NCBI RefSeq assembly: GCF_006345805.1
Contig: NC_043018.1
Span: 2,976,001-3,040,000 of the forward strand
Direction of reading: 5' to 3'
DNA length: 64,000 nucleotides
Origin: Octopus sinensis
Lineage: Eukaryota
In this document: piece by piece, positions 1 through 12,730 of the stretch
Numbering within the stretch: the first letter of the stretch is position 1
Layout of the letters: every line of letters begins with the position of its first letter
Notes under the pieces: model-generated
Seen by the model: only the letters and a program-made list of their open reading frames with translations
Database searches by the model: none
Told to the model about the DNA's origin: nothing
Translations under genes and position numbers: made by a program

Positions 1-407
1 GGAAGGTCGGTGAAATCGACTGCAGTACTGGACAAGTACCTTCCGTAATCGAATCCGAAAGATGTTCAGTGTTTAAACCGATGGCGTTTGAAATCAGAAA
101 GATAAATAGCGGCAACATAACATAAACGAATTTATTGTGACGGCTTTAATTATTCCCACCAGCTAATTACTTTTAAACTGGCAGATGATATAAGAGTTAT
201 TCATAATGGCTACTTCGTTGCTACTGTGCAAAACATGATTAAGACATAGACGAGTTGAAAGGTGTGTATACTCTTTAATCGTGGCCGGGGAATATAGAAG
301 TCTAACTTTATTGCACTCTCTAAGAACAGAAAGTTTCTATTGACTCATGGGAAGTATTAAAGTTATTGATGATCACGTGGTTAAAATCACAATTCTAATG
401 TTTAGTA

Positions 408-791
408 TGGAAGCACTCCGTCGGTTCCGACGACGAGGGTTCCGGTTGATCCGATCAACGGAACAGCCTGCTCGTGAAATTAACGTTCCAGTGGCTGAGC
501 ACTCCACAGACACGAGTACCCTTAATGTAGTTCACGGGGATATTCAGCATGACACAGAGAGTGACAAGGCCGGCCCTTTGAAATAGAGGTAGAGCAGAAA
601 CAGGAAGTAAGAGTGAGAGAAAGTTGTGGTGAAAGAGTACAGCAGGGATCACCAGCATCCCCTGCCGGAGCCTCGTGGAGCTTTAGGTGTTTTCGCTCAA
701 TAAACACTCACAACGCCCGGTCTGGGAATCGAAACCGCGATCCTACGACCGCGAGTCCGCTGCCCTAACAACTAGGCCATTGCGCCTCCAC
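408..791 (-). mobile_element. tRNA-derived SINE, family A (head A + tail 1), full length with target-site duplication
   Basis: Minus strand begins GTGGAGGCGCAATGGCCTAGTTGTTAGG (A-box) and has GGTTTCGATTCCC (B-box-like). Flanked by direct repeat TAATGTTTAGTA at 396-407 and 792-803. Homologous to 48701-49075. Confidence 0.9.
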
Positions 792-845
792 TAATGTTTA
801 GTAAGCTCAAGTAAGACTTGTGAGAAGATAAAGTCATTAATGCAG

Positions 846-887
846 AAAAAGAAAACAAGGTCCTCATTGTCGCAAATTCTGGAGTCG
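846..887 (+). CDS. Candidate 42-nt phase 1-1 coding exon (E)KENKVLIVANSGV
   Basis: TGCAG acceptor, TCG|GTACGT donor and open frame only; no homology recognised. Confidence 0.15.
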
Positions 888-1079
888 GTACGTAATTAGT
901 TGGTTTCAGCGCATTTGTGGACTAATGCAAAAAAAGAAATGGGGGACAACGCCCTTCATTAATATGTGTAAAATTTATTTCAATATTATACAAAGGGATT
1001 CATTTAATTGAGGGAGAGTCTGAAGCACATGACAGATATTTAAGGTTACATGTTAAACCCAAAAGAGGTCATTAAGCCT

Positions 1080-1187
1080 ACACACACAAACACACACACA
1101 TGCGCGCACACGTACACATACACAGACAAACACACAAATATATGTATATATACATATACGTATAATACACATGCAAATATACATGCA

Positions 1188-1228
<41 letters not shown>

Positions 1229-1417
1229 TTGTGTGTATATATATCCATATAAATACATACATACATACACATGTATTTATATATATAAACATATATAACA
1301 CATATACACACAGAGAGGTTTATATTTAATATACATATTAGGCATATATATGTATATATATATATATACAAACACGCACACAAACGCATATATATTATGT
1401 ATGTATAATGTTATATA

Positions 1418-1465
<48 letters not shown>

Positions 1466-1476
1466 ATAATATATAT

Positions 1477-1513
<37 letters not shown>

Positions 1514-1546
1514 GTCTATATAATATATATATATATAATAGATAGG

Positions 1547-1579
<33 letters not shown>

Positions 1580-1600
1580 TAGACATACATACATTCACCA
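1080..1600. repeat. (CA)n/(TA)n/(GA)n compound microsatellite
   Basis: Directly visible; the YI/HT-rich ORFs here are repeat artefacts. Confidence 0.95.
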
Positions 1601-1876
1601 ACAAGGTTGCGGCGTCTTGAGCTCATAGACATAGTTGGTTCCACCGCTTCCATATTTAATTTTACGGTGGATTTACAAGACAAATCTTCACACCTCTAAC
1701 AAGCTACGATATTTGTCAGACAAAAAACAAAAATATATCTTACATTTTCTTCAAAGTACTTCAAAGTATCATTGTGTTGTATGTACTAAATGAATGACAG
1801 CTTAAAAACTTAACAATAACTAATCAGCACGTACAATGTGAATACATATGTATATATGAGTGTATACATATGTATG

Positions 1877-1939
<63 letters not shown>

Positions 1940-1954
1940 TTATATATATATATG

Positions 1955-1978
1955 ATAATATTTATTTATTTATTTATC

Positions 1979-2017
<39 letters not shown>

Positions 2018-2241
2018 GATACATTAGTATGTGTATATATACTTATGTATATATACACACACACATATATATAGATACAGATATGTATATACTATATATA
2101 CATAATCAGGAACATATATGTACATATAGATGTTTATGTACGGATAAATTTACGAACACATGCATAATTCCATGCTTAAATATGTATATGTAAATATTTA
2201 AACATATACATATATACTTAAATATATATCCACATATATAT

Positions 2242-2272
<31 letters not shown>

Positions 2273-2935
2273 CAACATATACGCATGACACTAGCTATGT
2301 ATATGTGTGTATTTAGATACATATATATATAGGTATACGCATGTGTATATATATGTATGTATATGCATGTATATGTGTGTGTGTTGTAATTGTGTGTGTA
2401 TATGTATCTGTGTATATGTTTATAAGTGTGTTATCCACGCATGCGTAGGCGGATATCCATATACGTACATTTGTATATACATAGATGCATAACTGTGTTA
2501 AGCCTCATAAAAATATCATTGAATGAGATCCACACACTGAACAACGGCGACAGGAGTAGCAGTAATATTTGAAATTATTTATTTCGACCGCCATTTTGGT
2601 TGTTGTTTGTCACGTTACACCTTCTACAATCATCAGTATCAGCAGCACCATTATCACAATCAAGAAACAGTATTCTTACAACTGGCAATTCTAGAACACT
2701 TTTCTCCTTATTTTAGTTCTTCTTGTGGTTCTCTAATGATGTGTAACGGTTGAAGTATGATTAGCTATAAACTACCACTAATTGACTGATTGTTAAACAT
2801 ACATCGATAACTTCAGCTTTAGTCATTCATCTATGATGTTATTGACAGCAATCAAGAAACTCTTGTCTTTCGGGAGATCTTCATTTTTATCTCTGTTTTT
2901 CATTTTACACTCATACGTATGACTATGTATGTATG
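1955..2935. repeat. Copy 1 of a ~1.24-kb tandem duplication
   Basis: Anchors ATAGATACATTAGTATG at 2015 and 3261; ATGACTATG at 2919 and 4162. Confidence 0.9.
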
Positions 2936-3057
2936 TAATATATATATACATGTGTTATATATATATATATATATATATTATGTATATATATATATATACA
3001 TGGTATATATATATAATATATATACACATATTATATATATATATATATATTATAATT

Positions 3058-3119
<62 letters not shown>

Positions 3120-3129
3120 ACATATATTA

Positions 3130-3179
<50 letters not shown>

Positions 3180-3199
3180 GTGTATATTTATATATATAT

Positions 3200-3224
3200 A
3201 TATATAATTTATTTATTTATTTTA

Positions 3225-3265
<41 letters not shown>

Positions 3266-4180
3266 TACATTAGTATGTGTAATATATACTTATGTTATAT
3301 ACACACACATATATACTAGATACAGATCTGTATATACTATATATACATAATCAGGAAATATATGTACATATAAGATGTTTATGTAACGGATAAATTTACG
3401 AACACATGCATAATTCCGTCCATGCTTAAATATGTATATGTAATATTTAAACATCTAAAAATACTTAAATATATATCCACATTTATATACATTACATAAT
3501 ATATATATATATATACAACATATCGCGCAGGACACTAGCTATGTATATGTGTGTATTTAGATACATATATATATAGGTATACGCATGTGTATATAATGTA
3601 TGTATAATGCATGTATAATGTGTGTGTGTTGTAATTGTGTGTGTATATGTATCTGTGTATATGTTTATAAGTGTGTTGATCCACGCATGCGTAGGCGATA
3701 TCCATATACGTACGTTTGTATATACATATGCTAACTGTGTTAGCCTCATAAAAATATCATTGAATGAGATCCCACACCTGAACAACGGCGACAGGAGTAG
3801 CAGTAATTATTTGAAATTATTTATTTCGACCGCCATTTGGTTGTTGTTTGTCACGTTACACCTTCTACAATCATCAGTATCAGCAGCACCATTATCACAA
3901 TCAAGAAACAGTATTCTTACAACTGGCAATTCTAGAACACTTTTCTCCTTATTTTAGTTCTTCTTGTGGTTCTCTAATGATGTTGTAACGTTGAAGTATT
4001 GATTAGCTATAAACTACCACTAATTGACTGATTGTTAAACATACATCGATAACTTCAGCTTTAGTCATTCATCTATGATGTTATTGACAGCAATCAAGAA
4101 ACTCTTGTCTTTCGGGAGATCTTCATTTTTTATCTCTGTTTTTCATTTTACACTCATACGTATGACTATGTATGTATGTA
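3200..4180. repeat. Copy 2 of the ~1.24-kb tandem duplication
   Basis: Near-identical to 1955-2935; differences are mostly 1-bp indels. Confidence 0.9.
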
Positions 4181-4267
4181 TATATATATATATACATGTG
4201 TATATACATATATATATATATATATATGTTATATATCTATATACAGGTGTATATATATATTATATAT

Positions 4268-4304
<37 letters not shown>

Positions 4305-4342
4305 CATATATATATAATATATATATATTAATATATATATAC

Positions 4343-4500
<158 letters not shown>

Positions 4501-4565
4501 CTATATATATAAATATGGATGTAGGAGGTGTTGTCACACATATATTCATTGTAAGTATGTTGTAG

Positions 4566-4638
4566 TTCCGATTGCTACCATCTTTGGAATGTTTCTTGCT
4601 TTTATTGTTGGTTTTGTCGTATAACCGACAAAGCTTAT
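4566..4638 (+). CDS. Candidate exon encoding a transmembrane-like helix [18 protein letters not shown]
   Basis: TGTTGTAG acceptor and AT|GTGAGA donor. As written there is an in-frame TAA at 4622-4624; removing one A gives ...VVYRQSL in a 72-nt phase 1-1 exon. Confidence 0.2.
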
Positions 4639-5344
4639 GTGAGAAAGATTTCATTCCGTGACTATCACGTTTTCCATATCGACAAAGATCAAACATGTAC
4701 TTTTACATGCGTTGTTCCAATTGAACTGTGCGTATGTGTGTGTATATATATATATATATAATTTTTTTTATAATTAGTTTACCGAACTTCTTGGTAAGAT
4801 TAATTAATTTTACGTTTTATTATTATTGCTAATATAATTCTCTCCTTGATATTAAACTGCAGCTTCTGCGGAGTTACTCGGAGTTACGCACGTGGGTGAT
4901 TGGGAGAAGGTGCGAGTCCTAACTCGTCTATATGGTATTCGGAAGTACTGGATTTCGGATATTAATTTTTTCGGTGGCGCTTGGTCGAATGGATATCTTG
5001 ATTACAATTGCTCTCAAATTTGTATTTGAAATACAATACTGATGACGGAAATAAGGTATGAGTAATTTTACATATCTTTAATCCAGAAACGCCTATATAG
5101 TTAATCAAAACCGGGTGCATTCGTTATTTTTTTCTCTTTACTCGTGTGAGTTGTGAATAGTGCTGTCTGGGAGATATCTTATGGTAGTTAGGATAATATT
5201 TAACTGCTATTTCTAAATTTCGGTGTGTGGTGAAGCAATTTTCGCTATATCCTAATTATAATTATGTTTATAATTATAAAAATGTGTGTAAAAGTTTACC
5301 GATAATGGTAAGATCATTAATTATAAATTGATTAATTGATTTTT

Positions 5345-5397
<53 letters not shown>

Positions 5398-5425
5398 ATA
5401 TTTATATAACTATTATATATTATAT

Positions 5426-5700
5426 AAATTAGAGACAAAACCACTATTAGGCAATCATACAATGAAAAACTTAAGCCAATACATAAGATTATTTAATTTT
5501 TATTATTTAATATATAATTAATTAATTAAAAATTATAATTAAATCTTATATATTGGCTTAAGTTTTCATTGTATGATTTGCCTAATAGTGGCTTTTTCTC
5601 TAATTTAATATAATATAATATTTTACTATAAAATTGATTCAATCCTAAATCTTATTTTTCCTTGTAAGTTTGGATTATTCCCTAATATTTTATTATTAAT
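5426..5700. repeat. Fold-back repeat with 65-bp inverted arms, related to the element at 41880-42122
   Basis: Arm 5426-5490 (AAATTAGAGACAAAACCACTATTAGGC...) is the reverse complement of 5542-5606; 5615-5700 matches ~42035-42122. Confidence 0.8.
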
Positions 5701-5763
5701 TTATATCTATATTATATATATATATATATAAGATATATATATATATATATTATATATATATAT

Positions 5764-5802
<39 letters not shown>

Positions 5803-6509
5803 TTATGTATATACCTGCAATTTTTTACTTGTTTCATTTATCGGACTGCAGGCATCAGGGGCACCGCCTTGAAGAACCTTTAAGTGCATGAATCGACTTT
5901 AGTACTTATTTTTCGTTTGTAGTTGTGTGTTGCGTTTTTAGTGATTCCATTGCTGTTATATTCATCGATAACTACGAATATAATACTCCATACATCTGCT
6001 TCTCTTCTATATCTAGGTCTAATTTGCTCAGTATCTTTAGCAATTCTCTGGTAAAAATCTCTAGAACCCATTTCAGATCTGTCAGCTTTCGCTGCTTTTC
6101 TAGCAAAGCGAGTCTTCATACCGATATTATTTCGCAGACACATTGTAACCGTCCTGCCTATATGCGATTGGCTGTTCATCGATTTACGTTACTTCAATTG
6201 TTGATTTTCAAAGACAATTTTAAAGACAGTTAGGCGTGTTGGTTGGAGGTGTTATTTTGGGTTTTATTTCTAGCGTTTCTCCTAACAACGTGGAGAAACC
6301 GTCCCTGGCTTGCAGTTGGTGTTGACTGTTGCCGTTGTTAGCGGCCATATGTGCAATAATATAGGAACTGGTGATGCTTGGCTTGCCTTCCTCTTGGATT
6401 GGGAAAATCGATCTCGGGACGTTTGATGAGAAGCCGAACATGCTCAAAATTCCAAAAAGCTGTTATTCATTTCTTAGGGATATTTAGTTAAATTTCCCCT
6501 GTTATGTAT

Positions 6510-6544
<35 letters not shown>

Positions 6545-6557
6545 CCTGTTGTTACTG

Positions 6558-6614
<57 letters not shown>

Positions 6615-6988
6615 TACTACCACTACTACTACTGGGCGCATACACACACATATACAGGGAGGGAGAGATAGAGAGATAAATCACTTGTCCAATGATCAGA
6701 GTTTTACACTCATGATCGATCGCTAGATGGTGATTTCGATTCCCAGCCTGGGATGAGTTGTGGTCTTCAGAAAAGCATTATATTCCACATTACTCTGCGA
6801 TCATTTCGACATCTGACGCGCGGCACTCTTGTTCAGCTGTACCATCAAATATCTGAGGCGGGAGGGATCTTCAGCGGAAACAAACACTCGATCACTTTCA
6901 ACAAAAATATCATCTGTGTGTTTGTACAGCAAAAAATTGCGGAATCCTCACTCATATTGTCCATATTGATTCCATATTGTCTATGTAT

Positions 6989-7021
<33 letters not shown>

Positions 7022-7573
7022 GAGGTGGGGCTGAAATGCTCTTCACTTTAAGATTATGTTGAAAAGCTTGGCTGGAGCCCCAAGCTAAAGAAAAAGAGGG
7101 GAAGGGAGAGGGAAGAAGAAGAAAAAATTTTTCTTGCTCTGCTGGACAGGATGCTTTAGCACTCATTCCAAATAGAAAAACACACACACACACGCACGCT
7201 CGCACACACACACACACATGCTCTCTCTCTCTCTCTCACTTTCTCCTCATCCATCACCCTCTTGTACTGTCTTATATTCCTCCCCACCACTACAAACTCA
7301 ATAACACTATAAAATGGTCAAAACTTTTCACACAGGAACTTAGTTTGATTTGAAAACCCCACTAGAATGGGAGAAAGGGCTAATACATGATCTAAGTTAT
7401 ATGATGTATAACAAATGTAATATACAAATAAATATCTGTAAATATAAACCGTCCGATTTTCTGAGTACCTCATTTCTTCGAATATATATGTATATATCAA
7501 AATTAATAACCACAAGAAACGGAAATTGTCTAAGCTTAACAAGCAGAAAAAGGATAATAGCACAACAACGGTA

Positions 7574-7626
<53 letters not shown>

Positions 7627-7789
7627 ATATATATACCGTTATATATATATATAACAATTGTAGCGTGGAAGGTGTTTATAAGCCATTTAAGAAACACACA
7701 AAATCCGTTACATTCACTTCAGCACTTAAATTTAATTTGTCAAAATATTTTCGTCGCTTTCAGACCTCGACCTGTTCACTAACAGAAAC

Positions 7790-7908
7790 CCGTGCTGCAT
7801 GACTAGGCAACTGCTGATATCCCATAAATAACTTTGCTCGGAGTTGTACCTCGGAAGGGAGCTTTCTAGGTATAATCCCAAGGTCATTCACAACCGAAGA
7901 GGGTCTTT
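7790..7908 (+). mobile_element. SINE 3' tail fragment (tail 2)
   Basis: Ends CGAAGAGGGTCTTTA; homologous to the reverse complement of 60838-60940. Confidence 0.6.
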
Positions 7909-8114
7909 ACCCGTATATCTAGAGTGACCCTGAAAGGACCACATGCGATGTTTGCTTCGGCGAGAGACGAAACGAGATCGAATCAGAGGAAACCAATACA
8001 AGTAGTTAAAAGACACTCTGTGAGACATTTTAAGAGATGGAATCGTCATGATTTGAACTTTGATGAGCTTTTTTACCGCTTTCAGTGCATCGAAAGCTAG
8101 CAGCAACTTTTAGT

Positions 8115-8343
8115 CAATGTTGTTGTTGTTGTTGTTGTTTTGTTGTTGTTGTTCTTCTTCTTCTTCTTCTTCTTCTTCTTCTTCTTCTTCTTCTTCTTCT
8201 TCTTCTTCTTCTTCTTCTTCTTCTTCTTCTTCTACTTCCCCTTCTTCCTCTTCTTTCATCCTCCTCCTCCACCATCTCCTCCCCCTTCTCCTCTCCTCCT
8301 CCTCCCATCCTCCTCCTACTACTGCTACTGCTGATACTACACT

Positions 8344-8382
<39 letters not shown>

Positions 8383-8472
8383 GCCTCCTAGTACTGCTTC
8401 CGCTGCTACGACCATTATTGGCGCTACTTTCGGAACTGCTGCTGATGGCGATTAATATACTTCTACAACAAC

Positions 8473-8530
<58 letters not shown>

Positions 8531-8600
8531 CGTGTTAATGAAGGCAATAGTAATGATGTCCTCCCTTCTCCTCCACCTCTTCCACTTACTACTAATACCA
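8115..8600. repeat. Compound trinucleotide array (TTG)n-(TTC)n-(CTC)n-(CTA)n-(TAA)n
   Basis: Directly visible; poly-L/S/E/R ORFs are artefacts. Confidence 0.95.
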
Positions 8601-9268
8601 CTACTCGGCCGTATCTCTCTCAATTAATAATCTAGATAGGATAGGACAAGTTAATACACAATAGTATTTGATTAACTCAGGCGACAAAATAGATTTTTCA
8701 CAAAACGAAAATAATTTTAAAAGAGAAATCTCATTTGGACAAATTGTTTGTATACAATTGCTTAACGTTCATATTGAGAAGTCTTTGTGGTATTCTCTTC
8801 CATTATTTATTTATTGTAATAATTGTTATTTTTTATTCATGATTATTTCCACCCCACCCCCTTTATTAACACTTCATTGAAAATATATTCGTTGTTTATG
8901 AAAAGCAAATGTGTTTCGGTCTCCGCCAAAATAATCAAATGCTTGGTCCTTATAATTAATTCACACACAATGCTAATAATCACACGTTTACGCAAGAGAC
9001 ATTATCAAATTGTTTGCTTGAAAATTTACGTTTCTCGGTCGTTTCATGTGATTACGTATCAAGTATTTCTGCAGTACATTTGTATACATATATCTATCTG
9101 CGTGTGTGTGTGGGGGGGTATGTGTGTGTGTGTGTGTGTGTGTGCATGTGTGTGCGTATGCGTGTGTATTCGTTGCTGTTGATGTGTGTCCTCGTGCATA
9201 AATATATATATAGGTACTTTATAGATCCGTTTATATAGAGATAGCCAAACAGATATGTAGACATGGTG

Positions 9269-9330
<62 letters not shown>

Positions 9331-9740
9331 ATATATATACATACATACATACTTGCATACACACATACATACACATATAAGTGTGTGGGTTTGTATGTAT
9401 ATATATATTTACTTATATATATATGTATAAATATATATAGACACTATCTCTTTCTCGCTTTCTCTCTGTCTCTCACACACACCCATACGCACGCACATTT
9501 GCTTTCAAAGAGATATATGCAAAATCTACACCTGTAATGTGTATCTACGCAATGTATGTGTGCATGGATACGTGGGAGGCTGTTCAATATATCTGCGCAT
9601 GTCTATGTTGGTATACGTGTATATAAGAGTGGATGTCTTTTATTTATTTAGACACGCTCTTTACTACTGTACTTGCAGACAATTAGATGTATGTCGGTGC
9701 TTTTGTGTGTATGTAGGCATATATATGTGTTAAGTGTACA

Positions 9741-9781
<41 letters not shown>

Positions 9782-10221
9782 AGATAAACACATCTATATA
9801 CATAAATACCCAAACAGGTGTATATACAAAGTTGAACTTATTGTGCACCATTTTCTTGAAATAATCTCAGATATCGGCTGAAAGTCATTTGCAAGTCTAT
9901 CGGGAATTCTATTTTTCAATACATTTTAAAATACATTCCATCGAATAGCATAACACCGCAAGTACAGATTACAATAACTATTCAACAATAACGGTTAGAG
10001 AAATGTCCTGATAGATTCTACGTCTCTCTCGACGATGAACATTCAGTGCTTCGCAAAGCTGAATTTCTTCTTGTGAAGTTATCTTCTAATCACGTGACTA
10101 CTACATATTCGGATGTACTTTTATTGGAAATTCCCGGGCGAATTATAGCAATTTTAAATATTAAGAAGGAGCAAAGAATCTAAAGTACATAGGTTGTCGT
10201 CAGACCTCTCTTCACCTACAG

Positions 10222-10272
10222 ATCGTTTGCTACGCTCAAGCTACAACTACTGGATTGAGCTGAAAATTAATG
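10222..10272 (+). CDS. Candidate 51-nt phase 1-1 exon RLLRSSYNYWIELKIN
   Basis: CTCTCTTCACCTACAG acceptor, ATG|GTAAGA donor; only one of three frames is open. No homology recognised. Confidence 0.3.
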
Positions 10273-10364
10273 GTAAGATTTCAATCAACCTGATTTACCT
10301 GTTACGGTTCTGGCTATATTCAGATGTGAACGTACTTAAATTTTACTCTTAAAAGTAAGGATCC

Positions 10365-10493
10365 GAACTGGCAGGATCTTTTGCGCGCCGAATAAAATAC
10401 TTTACGGCATTTCATCTGTCTTTACTTTGTGATTTCAAATTCTGCCGAGACTGATTTTGTCTCTCATCCTTTCGGGGTCGATAAAATAAACCG
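10365..10493 (+). mobile_element. SINE family D, diverged copy
   Basis: Matches the D consensus ...TTCAAATTC...CATCCTTTCGGGGTCGATAAAATAA seen at 43786 onward. Confidence 0.7.
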
Positions 10494-10964
10494 ATATAAT
10501 GATTATTACAATAGTTATCACTACCATTGTTACTTTTATTGTTGGTAGTTCTATTAGTAGTGATATTCGTTCTCATTATTATCATTTCTATCAATGAAGG
10601 CAGCGAGATGGCAAAATCGTTTACCGCGGCGTATGAAATGATTAACGGTGGAATTTGCCCTTAAGCATGGCATGGTCGATGAAAAAGTACCAGTCACGCA
10701 TCGGGGTTGTTGTAATCGGTCGTACCCCTTACCATGCAGAAGACAGGATTTCTGCTTTACAGTTCATATTTGCATGCGTAAATATCCATCTGACTTTTGT
10801 GTTGATATATCGACCAGTATATATGTGCAGACATATACGACATAGATTGTAAATGCATTTGCATACCCTGAATGATTTTCCACTGTTGTATAGATCCAAA
10901 TATGCGTTGGTCAACAGCTGATTCAGGTTTTTGGTTGCTTATTTTGTTTGACTTTTAATTTCAG

Positions 10965-10978
10965 CAAATGCCCCACCG
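10965..10978 (+). CDS. Candidate 14-nt micro-exon (A)NAPP
   Basis: Strong acceptor TTTGACTTTTAATTTCAG and donor CCG|GTAATT; phase 1-0. Confidence 0.18.
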
Positions 10979-11175
10979 GTAATTACATCTTTTAGTTAGT
11001 TACTTTGACAGAGGATAGGCAAGTTTATTTTGTTGACATTTTAAAGATATTTTGATGACATGGGTTGTATCTCATGATATACTCTATGAATTTCTGTTTT
11101 TGTGTTCCTTTAGTGGGCTGTTTATGTTCTTTTGTAGGTGAGAAAGTTGGTGCCAAAAAGCATGTGGCTGGATGT

Positions 11176-12090
11176 ATAAAAAATAGAAAAAAGGGAAAAA
11201 ACTACAGAAGGCTTGTTTTATAAGGTTAAAGAAATATTTACGTCGTTATGTTAGAAAAATGTTATAAAATTTTGTGTATAGTAACATAGTTTTTGGAGAA
11301 ATAACCGGTTTCGTGTAAACTTTTCAAATTTCTCAAATTTCTTTACCTACATCGTGTCATGTCTTCGTAATGAAGTGCAAAGAAGAGTTCCAGGCAGAGG
11401 TAGGTAATGAGGAATTTCTTCCGGTATAAGGGAGATAATCGCTTTATATTTATTTCTTTTTTTCAATGAGATGCGTTTCTCTGTATAAGAATGTAAGGAT
11501 GATTAAGTTCAGGCTTATGTTTTTCAATGAAGAATGTTTCCTTGTTTAATCTAATTTGTGTTGGTGTTCCAATAGCACATTGATAGAATGGAAAGATTAA
11601 AAATTGTGGTAGTAGTTGCTTTGCGCATTTCTCAAAATGCTCACTAAAGGGTATCATTCTGTATTCTGGGAATGCAATCTGTTGTCGATGCAGAGTACAT
11701 CAGCGTCTGAGTGATAATCCCGTGAACCCTACGTAGTTTTGGTGGCAGCCCGAGCATCTTATGACATAAATTATATTTTCTGAAGCACAAGTAAAATTTG
11801 ATTTGATCTTGAATTTGTGTCCCTCTTTGAAAAGGAATTCTGATCCTTCTAGCAGGTTTTGGGCATGTTGCGCAATTCCCCCAGCCTGGAACTCTTCTTT
11901 ACACTACAGAACGATGACATGACATGATGTAGGTAAAAAATTTGAGAAAATTGAAAAGTTTAGACGAAACCGGTTATTTCTTCAAAAACAATGTTACTAT
12001 ACACAAATTTTTCTAACATAACGACTTAAATATATTCTTTAACCTTATAAAACAAGCCTTTTGTAGTTTTTTCACTCTTTTCTATTTTAT
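11176..12090 (-). mobile_element. 5'-truncated Penelope-like element (Neptune-like) with inverted pseudo-LTRs
   Basis: Inverted arms 11176-11395 and 11884-12090 (diverged, with indels) enclose a GIY-YIG endonuclease remnant. Confidence 0.85.
11463..11880 (-). pseudogene. PLE GIY-YIG endonuclease remnant with upstream CxxC linker
   Basis: CATCP(frameshift)NLLEGSEFLFKEGHKFKIKSNFTCASENIIYVIRCSGCHQNYVGFTGLSLRR*CTLHRQQIAFPEYRMIPFSEH...FLIFPFYQC...RLNKETFFIEKHKPELN. Shows the IY/YVG motifs; TGA at 11702-11700 sits at the expected catalytic Arg. Confidence 0.85.
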
Positions 12091-12167
12091 ATATATATAT
12101 AAGAACAATGGTACTATTAACAGACTATCACTAGTGGCAATCGAATATCAGCCGTACAAGCAAATTG

Positions 12168-12210
<43 letters not shown>

Positions 12211-12666
12211 GTACATATATATTTGTGTGTGTATGTGTGTGTGTGTGTGTGTGTATGCATATATGTATGCATGTACGTATGTATGTATGTATGTATGTAT
12301 GTATGTACTCATGTATATATGCATATGTTCATTGCGTCATCTCCGGCCGTTGTTGACCCTATCGCTGTCTTAATACCTTTCCTTTTTCACTTCCCCAGTC
12401 AACACGGATAACTCCCGCCATACACATCTTCACACAATGTCATGTCACCATGCCAAGTCTTCGTTCTTTAGTTCAATCCCGACTGTACATAAATACCTTC
12501 ACTCAGAATTTTACCGATCGATAAATGTTGACATTGATTGAAAATATCACCAAAGTACTCGTCACATTTTCGTAAACGTGATGGTCACAAACAAGAACGT
12601 CGCCTTCCAGCAATACAGAATATACAGTTGGAAACTGAACAAATGAATGATAATCACAACAAAATA

Positions 12667-12667
<1 letters not shown>

Positions 12668-12730
<63 letters not shown>
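12668..12730. repeat. (AAT)n tract at the 5' junction of the R4-like LINE
   Basis: Directly visible. Confidence 0.95.

Noticed and set aside
408-791. tRNA genes at SINE heads
   Set aside because: A and B boxes run into SINE bodies, with TSDs at some copies; no complete cloverleaf could be folded.
5880-6447. ORFs of 75-102 aa in a GC-richer block
   Set aside because: No motif I can support; possibly an old retroelement 3' region, which needs a repeat-library search.
11700-11702. In-frame TGA in a PLE endonuclease as possible selenocysteine, as reported for some Naiads
   Set aside because: It aligns to the catalytic Arg rather than a Cys, fits a CGA-to-TGA transition, and no SECIS is evident.
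11176-12090. MITE or DNA transposon suggested by the long inverted repeats
   Set aside because: The interior encodes a PLE GIY-YIG domain, not a DDE transposase, and no TSD is seen.
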